Positions 32,301 to 48,771 of a DNA stretch of 64,000 nucleotides are shown here, in pieces; position 1 is the stretch's first letter, and every line of letters starts with the position of its first letter. Source of the stretch: the human T2T-CHM13v2.0 reference genome, Homo sapiens; the NCBI RefSeq assembly GCF_009914755.1, contig NC_060940.1; one strand, 5' to 3'. A model generated the notes under the pieces. The model saw only the letters and a list, made by a program, of their open reading frames with translations. It was not told where the DNA came from and did no database searches. The position numbers were made by a program, and so were the translations under genes.

Positions 32301-32761
32301 TGTAGGGTTCTCCGTTCCCCACTACTTTCTTTCTGTGTCCTGACTGCTCTGTGATCTATCCAGTTGCAGGTTTTTCGTAGCAGACTTGAACCCAAACCTG
32401 GGCCTGGAACATTCCTAGGCACTGATAAAGGTATCTAGGTTGCTGCCCACAACACTGAAAAAGAAACTAGCCCTGGCCCTGAGCCAAATTCCTTAAACTC
32501 TCATACCCTGACCCCCTCACTGCAGTCATACCTAGGTAGAACACCTGTTTTCTCTTACTGTTCATTTTGAGGACTGCTGCAGCACTCTGTAAGTTTCCCC
32601 AATAAATGCTTTGGATTGACCACTCTGGCATTTAGTCTTTCCTTCTTTTTTTGGAATCCCAACCGGCCCTATCTCTGGACAGTTTGGGGCACTCCCTTGT
32701 GGGGAATCTCCTGCCATCATTTTGGGGGTGATTCTGGCCATAGGTATTGTGGGATGAAACA
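32301..32761 (+). mobile_element. ERV solo LTR, family uncertain (5-bp TSD suggests ERVL class)
   Basis: TG...CA termini; TSD aagag/cagag; internal AATAAA at ~32600. Confidence 0.7.
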
Positions 32762-33749
32762 CAGAGTGAAATCTGCTAAAGTCTCTTGGTGCTTAGAACT
32801 TGAGGTTCAGAAAGAAGGAGGAGGGGCTTGCAACAAACACAACACAGTTCTCCCCACCAAGACATTTGAATGAGGTTTAACATTTGATTGGGTATGAAAC
32901 AAGGAATGAACAACTGGAAACTGAAAATTTTAAAACAGTATCATATACAATAGCATCAAAAAACAGAAAATAAAAACAGAGCTAACAAAACATGTGCAAA
33001 AGTTGCATGTTAAAAATTATAAAACATCATTGAGAGAAATTAAAGAGGACTAAATCAAAGGAGGTATACCATGTTCATAAATTGGAAGATTCAGTATTGC
33101 TAAGATGCCAATTCTCCCCAAATTAATCTATACTCCAATGAAATCTAATCAAAATGCCAGCAGATATTTTTGGAGATGTTAACCTTTAATTCTAAAGTTT
33201 GTATGGAAAGGTAAAGGAACCAATGTTGCCAATTCAATTTTGAAAAATAAGAACAAAGTAGAAGGACTCAAACTACCAGATTTCAAAATTCACTGTAAAG
33301 TTATCAAGAAATCGATTTTATGCTGTTAAAATGACTGGTAGTTCATTTGAGAAACAAAAATTATTCATATTTTTCTGGAATATTCTGTTACATTGATAAA
33401 TCAGAAACATGTATTCACACATACATGGTCAACTGATTTTTGACAAAGGTGCCAAGGTAAGTGGAGGGAGGAGAGTCTCTTTAACAAATGGGGTTGGAAC
33501 ATTCAGCCTTATGAAAAAAAAACACCTCAACTCTTGCCTGACGTCATACATAAAAATTAACTCAAAACTCATCAAAGACCTACATGTGAAACCCAAAGCT
33601 ATGAAAGTCTGAGAAAGAAACATTGAGGAAAATCTTGTTACCTTGTGTTAGGCCAAAGGTTTTTAGATATCACACAAAACATAAAAGAAAAAATTAGTAA
33701 GATTAGACTTCATCAAAACTTTTGACTTCAAAGACATTATGAAGAAAAT

Positions 33750-34177
33750 TGAAACCAGCCCAATTTCCTCACAGAACTGATGTTTATGGTCTTTTTAAAT
33801 AAACAGAAATTGGCCCTCTTGGTCTTAAGCCTGAAACTTATATTTATCTTATCTGAGTTCCTTTCTTAGAAAACTGACGCTCGGGCCTCCCAGAGAGTAT
33901 AAAGGAACTGAAACTCACCAGATCACCGCATCCAGACAGTGAGAGACCAGATTCCTCTTCCTTACTCCTCCCTAATTCCTGTTTTCTACATTCTTTCCCT
34001 GGTATTTAAATCTCCAATTTTAGTCAGTTAGTGAGACAATTTGAGACTATCTCCCATCTCCACAGCTGCAGCACCCAAATAAAGCCTTCTTCCCTGGCAG
34101 TACTCTTTGTTCCAGTGATTGGCTTTCTGTGCTGTAAACAATGAGATCTAGATCAAACCCCTGGCATTTCAGTAACA
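33750..34177 (+). mobile_element. LTR26-like solo LTR (ERV1)
   Basis: tgaaacc...agaactgatgtttatgg...cagtaaca; exact 4-bp TSD aaat. Confidence 0.8.
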
Positions 34178-34249
34178 AAATGTTTTAAAAAGGAAAGATG
34201 TGTCACATACTGGGAGAAATTATTCGCAAATTAAATATCTGACTTTTGT

Positions 34250-34277
34250 CATATATATATGTATATATATATGTGTA

Positions 34278-34308
<31 letters not shown>
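34250..34308. repeat. (TA)n(TG)n(TA)n microsatellite
   Basis: Read directly from the sequence. Confidence 0.95.
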
Positions 34309-34469
34309 GAATGATATGGGCAAAAGATACAAACAGAAACTTCACCAAGTTCACCAAACTTCTTCACCAAAGATATAATAACAAGTAAGCATGTTATTCA
34401 ACATCATTAATCACCAGGAAATGCAAATTAAAAGCAGAATGAGATACCACTACACAGCTATAAGAATAA

Positions 34470-36459
<1,990 letters not shown>

Positions 36460-36955
36460 GATCACCTGCTAACAAGGTTGCAATTTGGCAGTTTCTTGTA
36501 AAATTAATACTTACCATATAACCTATCAATCCTACTCCCAGGTATTTATCAAAATAATAACATATGTCCATACAAATACCTGTATGGGAATATTTATAAC
36601 AGTTTTACTTATTAATAATTACCAAATACTGGAAGCAATCCTAATGTCCATCAGCTGATGGTACATCCATTCAATAGAATAGTACGCAGCAATGAAAAGA
36701 AATGAGCTACTGTTACATACAACAACATGGTTAAATCTCAAAAGCAATATGCTAAGTATAACAAGCCAGACAAAAAGTGCTATGTATGTTATAATTTCAT
36801 TTATGTGACATTCTGGATAATGCAGAATCAGAAAACAGATCATTTCATTAGTTGCTATGGGCTGGAAGTGGGGAAGGGGCATTGACTACAATGAGGTACA
36901 AGAGATACTTTCTGAGCTAATGGAATCATTCTACATACTTATTGCAGTAAGTACA

Positions 36956-37314
36956 TGATATGGTTTGGCTGTGTCCCCACCCAAATATCATCTTGAATTA
37001 TAACTCCCATAATCCCCACGTGTCATGGGAGGGACCCCATGGTGGGTAACTTAATCATGGGGGTGGGTTTTCCTGGGTTGTTCTCATGATAGTGACTGAG
37101 TCTGACGAGATTTGATGGTTTTATAAAGGGGAGGTTCCCCTGCACATGCTCTCTTGCCTGCCGCCATATAAGACACGACTTTGCTCCTCCTTTGCCTTCC
37201 ACCATGATTGTGAGGCCTCCCCAGCCAAGTGGAACTGTGAGTCAATTAAACCTCTTTTCTTTGTAATTAGCCTCAGATATGTCTTTATTAGCAGAATGAT
37301 AACAGATTAATACA
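36956..37314 (+). mobile_element. THE1 solo LTR (THE1C-like, MaLR)
   Basis: tgatatggtttggctgtgtccccacccaaat...taataca; 5-bp TSD gtaca. Confidence 0.92.
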
Positions 37315-37499
37315 GTACAGAACTTTATATTTTCAAAACTCTTGGAACTGTACACCTAAAAGAGGTGAATTTTACCATTTTCCCCGGTAAGACGGGAAAT
37401 GATTCGTCCAAGGCCTGGGGCTAATTCCAAGTTGGAAGCGAGGCAGCACCTCAGGCCTTCTGCCCTTCAGGCTACCTGTCTGGCAGGGGAATCCCAAGA

Positions 37500-38000
37500 A
37501 CAAAAATCCGAGGTCCCGTAACTTTCATGGGAGTGAGAAGTGGCTAGGGAAGGCTGAGGAGGGGAGGGGTCTGGAAAGTCTGGAGAACGCCTGGGACGCA
37601 GGGCGAGGACGAGGACGAAAAGAGGGGACGCCCCGGTTAGCCCCCATGTCCCTCACACTTTGACCCCACAATCTCTGCGAGGACCTCTGACCTTGGTGCA
37701 CTCCGGGTCCCACGTTTATTCTACCTCCATTCCCCGCCAAGACCCCGCGTCCAACTCACAGACCCCGCCGCCGCTGAGGGGCTCCATACCCAGCTTGAAG
37801 CCGCCCGCACTCTCCATGCGCCGCCCGAGCTGTTGCCGTCCGTTGCCACGGTAACCACGGAGCCGCACAGCCTAGCAAGCCGCGCGATGATTGGAGGAGG
37901 CAAGCGTCAATAGCAACCACCGCCCCAGCTGCTAGGTGCAAAAGAATTTGGTTTCCAAGGATTCTTCGGACACCACCTCTCCCCAAAGCCACACTTCGCC
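37500..38000 (-). promoter_or_regulatory. CpG-island promoter with RFX X-boxes, CCAAT box and GC boxes
   Basis: Only CpG-dense non-Alu segment in the window; GTTGCCACGGTAAC 37842-37855; GTCAATAGCAAC 37906-37917; ATTGG 37890-37894; several CCGCCC. Confidence 0.85.
37760..37870 (-). other. Probable first exon of an unidentified minus-strand gene (5' end approximate; alternative donor at 37692)
   Basis: Minus-strand donors TCT|GTGAGT (exon end 37760) and AAG|GTCAGA (exon end 37692); in-frame ATGs at 37817 and 37787 (MESAGGFKLGMEPLSGGGV). Confidence 0.55.
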
Positions 38001-39361
38001 AGGCCTAGTTCTTTAAAGATGCTTCGTGCATTATCTCATTGAACACCTGCCTCCTGCCTCCCAGTGTTGCTGTGGAAATCTCTTATCTCTACAGGAATTT
38101 TTAACCTGTGGTCCTTTGACCTCTTCAGGAGGTCCACGAACCCCCTTAAGTTATAAGCAAAAGTTTGTGGCCATTTACCCGGTCAGATGGTCCATAGCTG
38201 TAGATTCTCAAAGGAGCTGGAACCAAAACTCAGGTTGCCCCATGCCCGAGACGGCGCAAGAGTATAAATCCCACATCCATTAACCCCATCTTCCTTCTCA
38301 GAGAAACCAGACAAATAGAGTGTGGTTCTTCCTAGACTTCATTTACATTTATTCAAACCATGACTTGAGACATCTCCCAAATGCTTTAACTCTTGACCTT
38401 CAGTCATTCATTCATTTAATAAATATCTATTGATCACTAATTGTGGGTCATATATTTGTCATAGGGACACTTTTCTCAGCATTGAAAGATAGCAATTGTC
38501 AAGGCAATTTCATAGAAGCATAAACAAGATCATTTCAGGTTGTGGTACTAAACAAAATGTCAGGATGTGATAGGAAGTGTCAAGGGTGATGAGCCCAGTA
38601 GACAGGTGGTTAGGGAGGGTGTCTTTGAGGAGACAGTTGCGTTTGAGCTGAGACATGGGAAGATACCAGCTATAGAAGAGCAAGGGAGAGGGTGGGCAGC
38701 ACAAGAAAAAGGAATAGAAAGTTACAGGCAGAAATGAGTTTGGAGAATTCGAGAAAATGAAAAGTCAATGTGGCTGCCTCAAAAAGACACACTCAGATTG
38801 CCCTTCCCTGGCTCTTCACAATACTGTCTCCTTCTCCTCCGTACTTCCTTGCTCTGTCCTCCATCACACTCTCTCATGTCACCTTATTTATTTCCTTCAA
38901 AGCTCTTGTAACTTTTTATTGTCTGTGAGCTCCATGAGAACAGAGACTGTGTCCCCCTTATAGTATCCCCAGCACCTAAAATAGTAACTGGCCTGGCGTG
39001 GACACTAAATAAATATTTGTTGATTGCATGAATCTACACATCACAATACTAGGAACTGTGGTTGACTGGGAGATACAACAGATAACAAGATGAAGATGCT
39101 TCCTCCTTTGTGAACCTTAAATGCTTGTGGAATAATTTAATTACAAACTATGTGGGCCAACTAATTGCGTGCAGAATTGAATGATTTAGACTGTAAGTGC
39201 TGTGGGGAAACATTGAAGGATTCCCTTGGTAATGTCTTCATTCTTTCAATTATATTTAGTTCAATTTCACAATATTGAATGCCTACTCTATGCCAAACAC
39301 TGTTGTTTATAACAATGAACAAGACAGACACCAACTTTGCCTACAGAACTTACAGTCTACT

Positions 39362-39682
39362 GCTGTACTACTGCTCCACTACAGTTGCCTCTCATCATTT
39401 ATGGCTATCGACCACTGAATGTGTAGCTGGTCCTAAATGGAATGTGGAGTAAGTGTAGACTCCAAATTTCAAAGACCTAGTGTAAAACAAGAATGTAGAA
39501 TATCTCATTAGTATTTTTAAATTGATTTCATATTGAAATGATAATGCTTCAGATATATTATGTTAAATAAGATATATTATTAAAACTCATTTCACCTGTT
39601 TTTTTCTTTTTTTAAATCTGGCTGCTAGAAAGTGTTAAATTACATATGCACCTTGTATTATATTGCTAGTGGACTGTGCTGG
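39362..39682. mobile_element. MER33 (hAT-Charlie) DNA transposon
   Basis: aagaatgtagaatatctcatta...gttaaataagatatattattaaaa...ttcacctgttt motifs. Confidence 0.8.
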
Positions 39683-39873
39683 TCTAGTGGGAGCTTAATG
39701 CTATTTGAATAAACAAGTGAAATCTCATTACAGATGTTAAAATAGACATTTTGGTAGAGGCATGATAAATAGCAAATTTCAAATAAAGAACATAGATGAA
39801 GAATTTAGAAGTAAAACAAGTTAGGCAACTCTTAAATCTTCCGCACACTGAGTGTATAAAAGAGTCAGGAGAA

Positions 39874-40187
<314 letters not shown>

Positions 40188-40616
40188 GGGGGGGAGGGGC
40201 CAGGAGTGGGGGATTTAAGAGGATTTCTAAAGAAGATCTTCATGAAGGATTTCTTCAAAAAGAGCTGAGCTGTGAGTCCCACCTCCAAATCTCCAGTCAA
40301 AAGAAAAGGGCTTTGAGGAAGCCACTGGGTGTTTAATATGTGGCATCTACAGTTCAGAGGGCACAGTGGGCTTGTGTCTGAATCCTACCTGGAAATGCTA
40401 AAAAGGGCAAGAGATATGCTCACTAGTCAGCAGTCAGCAGTGCAAAGAAGAACTGCTTGGTTAGGAACAACCCTCCTTCTTCCCCTAGGATTTACAGATA
40501 AAAGATGTGTGAGTGCTTTCTATGAAGGAGATGAAGTTCATTCAAGAGAGATTGTACAGGGTCATTTTAGACCCTTTCCATCTCTTAGATAGAGGTTTCA
40601 GAAAAGGAAAACTGAG

Positions 40617-41017
40617 TGCTATGGTTTGAAAGTGTCCCCTCCAAATTCATGTGTTGAAATTCAATGGCCAATGTGATACTATTAACAGGTGAAGCCTTAA
40701 AGAGGTGATTAGGTCATGAGGGCTCCTCCCGCATGTATGGGATTAATGACCTTATAAAAGGGCTTGATGGAGGGAGTTCATGCCTCTTACTCTTCTGCCT
40801 TCTGCCATGTGAAGACACAGTGTTCCTCCCCTCTAGAGGATGCAGCATTCAAGGTGCCATCTTGGAAGCAGAGACTGCCCACTCACCAAACAACAAACCT
40901 GTTGTTGCCTTGATCTTGGACTTCCCAGCCTCCAGAACCATGAAAAATAAATTTCTGTTCTTTATAAATCACCCAGTCTTGGGTATTTTGTTACACCAGC
41001 ACAAACTGACTAACATA
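40617..41017 (+). mobile_element. MST-family (MSTD-like) MaLR solo LTR
   Basis: Start tgctatggtttgaaagtgtcccctccaaattcatgtg; 5-bp TSD ctgag. Confidence 0.85.
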
Positions 41018-42628
41018 CTGAGGGTATCGCTAGTTACCCAGGGGTCAAGAAAAAGGAAAGAACCAGCCAAAAGAAAGATGTCCCAGTAAGAGAACTGCAG
41101 GATATGGATTTCCAGCAACGAGGGTAAGTTATCTTGAAAGACTCTTGAAAATGCCCCACCAGAGGATGTATCAGCTTAATCACAGCAGTATCAGACAAGT
41201 AAAAACTTTCTTATTGTCCTTTCCTCTCCTCCACCCGTGCCCCAATGCCAGAGAGGCCAGGAAAGAGTTCTCCAGCTGAGGGTACAGGTGTAGAGATGTC
41301 AATGAACCCACAAAAAGGCAACAAAAAGGAGAGAAGAAGGTGGCTATGCTTCCATTCTCCAACTGTAGGTCTCTTGTCTGCAGCAGGCCTAAAATAAAAT
41401 AGGAGAGAAGCTGCAACTTTTTAACAGTTTTGATTATCACCTTAGACAGAACATTTGAGCAATTGTATTGAGGCTGTGTTTTAACACCTACAAAGGTCCA
41501 TAAAAGTCTCAGCATCTAACTGAGTTTACCCACAGGCAGGGAAATAATTGGCCACACAGAGGAAATTTAAAGAGAGACTAGAAGACAATTATTAAGTTGC
41601 TTTATGACTGCCACCCACAAGTCATGCTTGTTTGGCTCAAGGGCTTCCTAAAAATACAAAATAGGCTATAAATAAAGACAGAAACATGTATTCATCTTGA
41701 AGTATACAGAACAGTAGAATATGTATAAAGTTAAATATTAAAGTGCATATTATTTCAGGGAGGAATATGGATTATCTAAAGTCACATAGCACCTGCACCT
41801 CAGACCTAAGACCAGTGTTTAATCTCCCATCCCCAAGGGGTTAGGGGTGCTGAGGCTGCAAAAACCAGTGGCCAGCAGCTATGGGGCTGCTCCTCTGAGG
41901 CTGTTCACAGCAACTCCCCAATGATAGAAGGCTGGTATGTTCTTAGTGCCAATAGACAGGCAGACAGGCATGCAGCCTTCCCAGGAAAAGCAACACAAAA
42001 ACAAAAAAGCCACTCAGCTAGAAATGGATAGCCCACTGAAGGTTAATTATACTATTAGAAAGTAAATCAGATTTGAAAATCTTTTTTTGTTGTTAACTTA
42101 CATTTCCCCTAAATTAAAGAGGCTAACTGAAAGGATGAAGACTTCTCCATTCTTAATGAGAGATGTCTGACTCCTAAGGAACAACATACTTGGATTGAGT
42201 TGGAGAGATGAGGCCAGTGCTTTGTCTTTTCTAAGGTGTGAGCAGATAATTGAGTCAATGAGCAGTGAAAACTGAACTACTTCAGACTTCAGAATGGTAA
42301 AGGAAGCTGGTTATGCTGAGGGCCCCAAGCCTCTGACTTACCCAGGCAGAGGACGGTCCTGGGCAAGAACATGGGTGGCAGATATCAAGAAATCATAGAC
42401 TCATCATTGTAAAACACCTTAGAGATCAACGTGTATAAAACTCTTAGAACATAGTAATTGTTCAATACATGTGCAGTAATTTTTCTGACTATTAGGAGAT
42501 AACTCAAATTCTGCCACTTACTGCCTGTGTAGAGTTTGCTACTTAACCTCCCTGTGTTGCAGTTCCCACTTCTGCAAAACAGGGGCAACTACCATATACG
42601 GTTCTTGAAGATTAAATAAGATGATAAC

Positions 42629-42920
<292 letters not shown>

Positions 42921-43935
42921 ATAAGATAACACAAACCAAAGTCTTAATAAATGAAAGCTGTCATTATTATTAATAATCATTATTCTTCAGTCCAGTCTTC
43001 TATCTCTTTGACATCACCCCAAATAGTCACTCAACTTCTGTTAAAACTTCTGCTCTTAATTCTTTTATTTATTAAGCAAGCATTGAAAGAGAACCTGCTA
43101 AGCACTAGACCCTGTGTTAGGTACTGAGAATACCAAGATGAACAAGACACAGCCCCTGAACTCAAGGGCCTCCTGGTCTTTTTTTAGGATGCTTACTTCT
43201 TACACTTTCTCAAATCTAAGATCAAGCACCAGGCTGCTCCATTGTTGAACCACTAAAATTTTTAGAAACTTCTTCCTAAATTAACTCAGAATGTGACTCC
43301 CAATAAAACATCTAATTATTCTTATATAGGATGGTCTTTCAAGTTCAAAAACTATCCATCACAGCCCTTTGTTTTTTTGGGTAAACTTCCTAAGCATCTT
43401 CAGCAGCTTCTCATGTGATATGATTTCTGGCAATATTATGTCTAGAAACAACTTCTGTTTTGTGTAAAACAAAAAAAAAAATTTGCTCATCCTCTTTTTG
43501 TGAGTAGCCACTATCAGAATTTTCTGTTAATGTTTGTGTGGCATTAATTACAGTCTTAAGAAGACTGAAGGTTTACCAACTTCCCTACTCGTCCAGCTGT
43601 TCTATTTTGTCTTAGTCAAGTTGTTATAAATTACAGAAACCCACTCAAACCAGCAAATAGAAAAATTTGCTGAAAAATTCAAGTAAATTGTGGAACCTGA
43701 AAATGGCTGGGCTTCCTGAGAGACTCATACTAAGAACTAGAAAGTTAAACAGAAACAAAGCAGAGCCTGTCTCTTGGTCTCTCTTTGCTCTCATATGTCC
43801 CTTTATTCTTGCTTCTCTCTCCACATCACTTTTCTCCTTCACCTTAGACCTGTGTTTCTCTACTTCTCTACCTAAATCTTGCGAAATAGTCATCCCAGTC
43901 CCCCACATATCTGTCTTCTCACATGCATCTCTAAG

Positions 43936-44891
43936 TATAGTGGATTGAACAGTGGCCCCAAGAAAGATGTCTACAGCCTGATACCAAGACTGAATGTTCC
44001 TTTATTCAGAAAATGGGTCTTTGCAGATGTAATTAAGATAAGGATCTTGAGATGAGGTCACTCTGAATTACTTACTTTGTGGGCCCTAAATCCAATGACT
44101 TTGTAAGAGACAGAATAGGAGAAGACAAAAACATAATAAGGACGAAGCATTGTGATCACAGAGTCAGAGATTGGAGCAGTGCAGCCACAGAAGCCAAGGA
44201 ACACCAACAGCCAGAAGAAGCTGGAAGAGGCAAGGAAGTGACGCAGGGCAGGCAAGCCCAAAACTGGGGCTTAGCCCAGGAGGGTTCTTGGCTTCACCCA
44301 GGAAAGAATTCAAGGGTAAGGAAGTGGTGTTAGACAGCAACTTTCACTGAAGTAGCAGTGTTCAGCAAAGGTACTGCTCCTTGCAGAGCAGGACTACCCC
44401 ATAGGCAGTGTGGCCAGAGTAGCAGCTCCAGGGCAGTTCTGCAGTCATAGTTATACCCACTGTAAATTATATGCAAATTAAGGGCCAGGTTATGCAAAAA
44501 TTTCTAGAAAAAGGGTGGTAACTTCAGATCATTGGTTTGTTGCCATGGAAAGGGGCAGTAACTTACAGGTGTTGCCATGGCAAGGGTAAACTGACATGGC
44601 ACACTGATGGGCATGTCTTATGGAAAGTTGCTTCTGTGTCCCTGTTTTAGCTAGTCTTCCATTTTTTTCTGGTGTCCAAGCACCACCCCCAGAGTGGAGT
44701 CCTGCCTCCAGAGTTGAGTCTGGCCTTCTATCTCAGGAGGGCTTTCCCCTAGAGCTTCCAGAGGGAGTACGGCCATGCTGACACCTAAAGTATGGACTTC
44801 TGGCCTCCAGAACTATCAGAGAATAAATTTCTGTTGTTTGAACCACTCAGTCTGTGGTCATTTCCTGAAGCAACCATAGAAAACTCAAACA
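43936..44891 (+). mobile_element. MLT1C-like MaLR LTR, interrupted by LTR19
   Basis: gggtctttgcagatgtaattaag; gaagctggaagaggcaaggaag continues after the insert as ggctttcccctagagc; aataaatttctgttgttt. Confidence 0.85.
44239..44735 (-). mobile_element. LTR19-like solo LTR (ERV1)
   Basis: tgacgcagggcaggcaagccc...tctca; TSD gaag/ggag. Confidence 0.75.
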
Positions 44892-45291
44892 AGTCTTAAC
44901 TGCAGATTCTTAGGAGAGAATCTGATTGGTTTAGGCTGACTCAAATGCAACAGATCCCTTGGTCCAATTATCTTCTGCCAGAGAGATGAGTCTCATGAGA
45001 TTAATATGACTGCCAGGGCCCAGTCCTATGTGGAGGATGGGTGTCATTCTCGAGAAAGTGGAGATGGAGCTAAGAGCTACCTACTACATTGGAGTTGGCC
45101 AGTCACCCAGGTCCAAACTCCATTTCCCAAACTTCTTTCCTCCATCTCCATATCCTGTTCATTCAGGATTTTTGGACCAGTTCTCCCTGCCTCCAACTTT
45201 TCACTTGTAAATATTTTTCAAAATTTCCCTTCTTTTTAACTCCTCTGCCACTGCTCTACCTCGCACCAGCATTGTACCTTGCCTTGCTCCC

Positions 45292-45730
45292 CTGCCAGTT
45301 TTCAAACTGCACTGGGCACCTGAGGGTGTACAGTGAACTCAAAGGAGTGTCTCAGGATGTTTTTGATTTTCAAGGGAATCACAGCAACATTTGTCAGACA
45401 CCATACAAACTACTAACTTGAGGTAGTTCACAGTTTCAAAATTAGGTTATTATATTTCTTCCAATGACATCAAATCTCTTCAAAGCTAGGTTTCTAGCAA
45501 TGGCTGTGATGAAAGGCAAGTACCCCTAAAAAATCAATGTGGAACAAGAAATGAGAGTGATGGTGTCTGATCAAATTCCAAGGCATGAGACTGTGCAGTG
45601 TCCAACAGGCACTAAATTGTTTGTATATAAATTCTTACTAAGCTATTTCTACCTGACTACTTCATAAATGGAACTGTTAGTTCTTTCTTTTGGCCCAGAG
45701 ATTTTGTGAAACAATTACTAAGACACTAAA
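45292..45730. mobile_element. hAT-Charlie DNA transposon fragment
   Basis: aaaatcaatgtggaacaagaaatgagagtg...gtgcagtgtccaacaggcac resembles a Charlie transposase C-terminus. Confidence 0.6.
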
Positions 45731-46347
45731 AACATTACTCACCTTTTCTTCCTTATTTTATTGAGAGTAGGAGATGAAACTGACTCCCATTTTAAGGGTA
45801 AGCCATGTATAACCCATCATTAATGCCCCCTGAGAAAGAAGATTAGCTGGACTCTTCTGAAGAGAATGACTTCCTGAGATCATTTGCTGTGTCACTTAGA
45901 AAATACACTTTTTCTTTGCTTCCTCTTGTGGGAACATCTAATATGTTCAAGTCAATTCAAAAAGCACGTATGGAACATTTACTGGGTAGCTTAGAATAAA
46001 AAACACGAGACTCAGGGGAAACAGAAGTTGGAGAGTCAGTTCTACTGTCGATTAACCTTATGCCCTGAGGCTAGCTACTTCACCTCTCTGAACTTCAGTT
46101 TTTGCAGCTATTAAAGGGTATGTTTAATCATTAAAAGATGTTATTGATGAATCTACTATATGCTCAGGACTCAACAGAGTACTCAATCATTTTCTTTTCA
46201 TTATCCTAAGGAGACTTTTAAAATATTTTTGTCCTCATTATGTCCCAAATGTTGATACCATGTATACACTATATACCTATTTGTGTGCTGTATTTGTGCT
46301 TTATACATGAAAAAGTAATATATACAACTATTATGGAGCCATAATAA

Positions 46348-46642
<295 letters not shown>

Positions 46643-47131
46643 AAAAATTTTAAAAACATTTTTTAAAAAAGAGGAGGATGTTTTTGGCCCCCAAGAACCA
46701 ACTTTTGCCCCTTTGAGGGTGCTATTGCCCCCGCTGATAACGCACATCCTGAGGAGACAAAGTAGGCAAAATTGCTGTCCTCACAAAGCTTATATTCTAA
46801 GGTGAGAAGTTGGATAATAAGTCAAATATCAGAGAGTGAAAAATGCAGTGAAATAGTAAAATAAGGTGCTATGATGCAGAGTGACTGTGGGGTGGAAGCT
46901 CAAGGCCTCTCTGAAGTAACCCCAGTGGTAAGGTCTGAATGAGGAGTTAAGGGTCAGCAAGGGGGAGCCTCACAGACCAGGAGCCCCCAGCATAGAGCCT
47001 CCTTGCTGAGCAGGAGCTTGAGGAGCGAGGACAGGAAGGCAGAGGCCAGTGGGCGCAAGGTGACACAATCCCCCATGGGGCGTTTTGAAGACTTTGTAAA
47101 CGACAGACTGCTAAATGAATGGGAGGGGTTA

Positions 47132-47178
47132 TTAGGCACAAGACACTTCTTTTAGGCACAAGACACTTCTTTTAGGCA
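47132..47178. repeat. 20-bp perfect tandem duplication (2.3 copies)
   Basis: ttaggcacaagacacttctt twice, then ttaggca. Confidence 0.95.
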
Positions 47179-48378
47179 AGTAGGAGCAGAAAATGACTAA
47201 GCTCTGGCCCAGAGGTCAAAAAGAGTTGTCTTTAGAAAACAGCTAAAGAGGTTGAATTCTGGGAGAAGGTGAACACAACCAAAGACATCAGCTATCTAGA
47301 TATCTAGACAGACCTAGAAGAGAGAGAAATGTTAGAAGTAAAGAAATGATATCCAACACTTCTGAAGTGCTTACTAGATGGGTCTGTGCTAAGAGCTTTA
47401 TGCTCATGAATCCTCACAACCTCATGGGGTTATTCTCTTCATTTCACAAATGAAGAACTAAGGCTCAGAAAGCATACATGACTTACCTCAAATCACCTAG
47501 GTTTTAAGAGGCAGGACTTAGGTCTGTCCGACTCACATCTAATCTCTTAATCAAGATAACACAACCTCCAGTTTCTCCCAACACCGTCTGTTCTTTGTTG
47601 CACTCCATCCTTCCACACCCACCCCTCTGCTATCAATGATTTATGTTCATTCAATCCGTAGAACTGGACTTATCCTGCTAGAACATCAGACTCAAGTTCA
47701 ACAATGAAAAGACTAATTATAATACTCCCACAAGGGCCTAGGAACAGGAGCTATGGGTACCATGTTTAATTACCCAGTCTCTTGCTTACAGAGGGAAAAT
47801 ATATCTTACTTTATGTCCTATTAGTCAATATGGACTATGTCTGGTTGGAAGAAAGTTTAAAAGCAGATTTTATTCCACTTTGGACTTCCTAAAAATGCAA
47901 ATCTAAGGACTGCCAACAAGAGTATACTGCCAGAGATTAACAGTCAAGAGGACAGCCAGAGAGAAACACTTGTCAAAAGGAGACACCAGACACTTACTGT
48001 GTCTGATGTGGCCCTGGGACAAAATGTAAAGAGCAGTAGACACGAACATCCAGGATCCTGGATTGATTCATGCTGTGACTGTGCCATAGGGTTCTGGAAC
48101 TGGAAGCACCTGGCTGAGAAGACCTAAGGTTAAAAGAGAGTGGAACTAGAAGCTAGGCTGTCAAAAATTCTTCCAATCAAGGATCAGATGTGTACAAATG
48201 CAGCAAGAGGATTTGATCTTTCCAACACCCAGGCAAAGGCAAAGTTGTTTTCTGTTAGGAAAATACTTGATACTGTAGTACATACAATTAGAGATGCACT
48301 ATCTTTTTTCCCCCCAGAATTATATAAGCTTCAAACCCTCCAAAATCTGAATTAGCCCCTGGATAGAATTTATAATCA

Positions 48379-48771
<393 letters not shown>

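Noticed and set aside
37500-38000. Assigning a gene symbol to the promoter
   Set aside because: I do not recognise the exon or peptide; naming it requires genome mapping.
48048-48063. 16-bp perfect palindrome ATCCAGGATCCTGGAT
   Set aside because: About one such palindrome is expected by chance in 64 kb.
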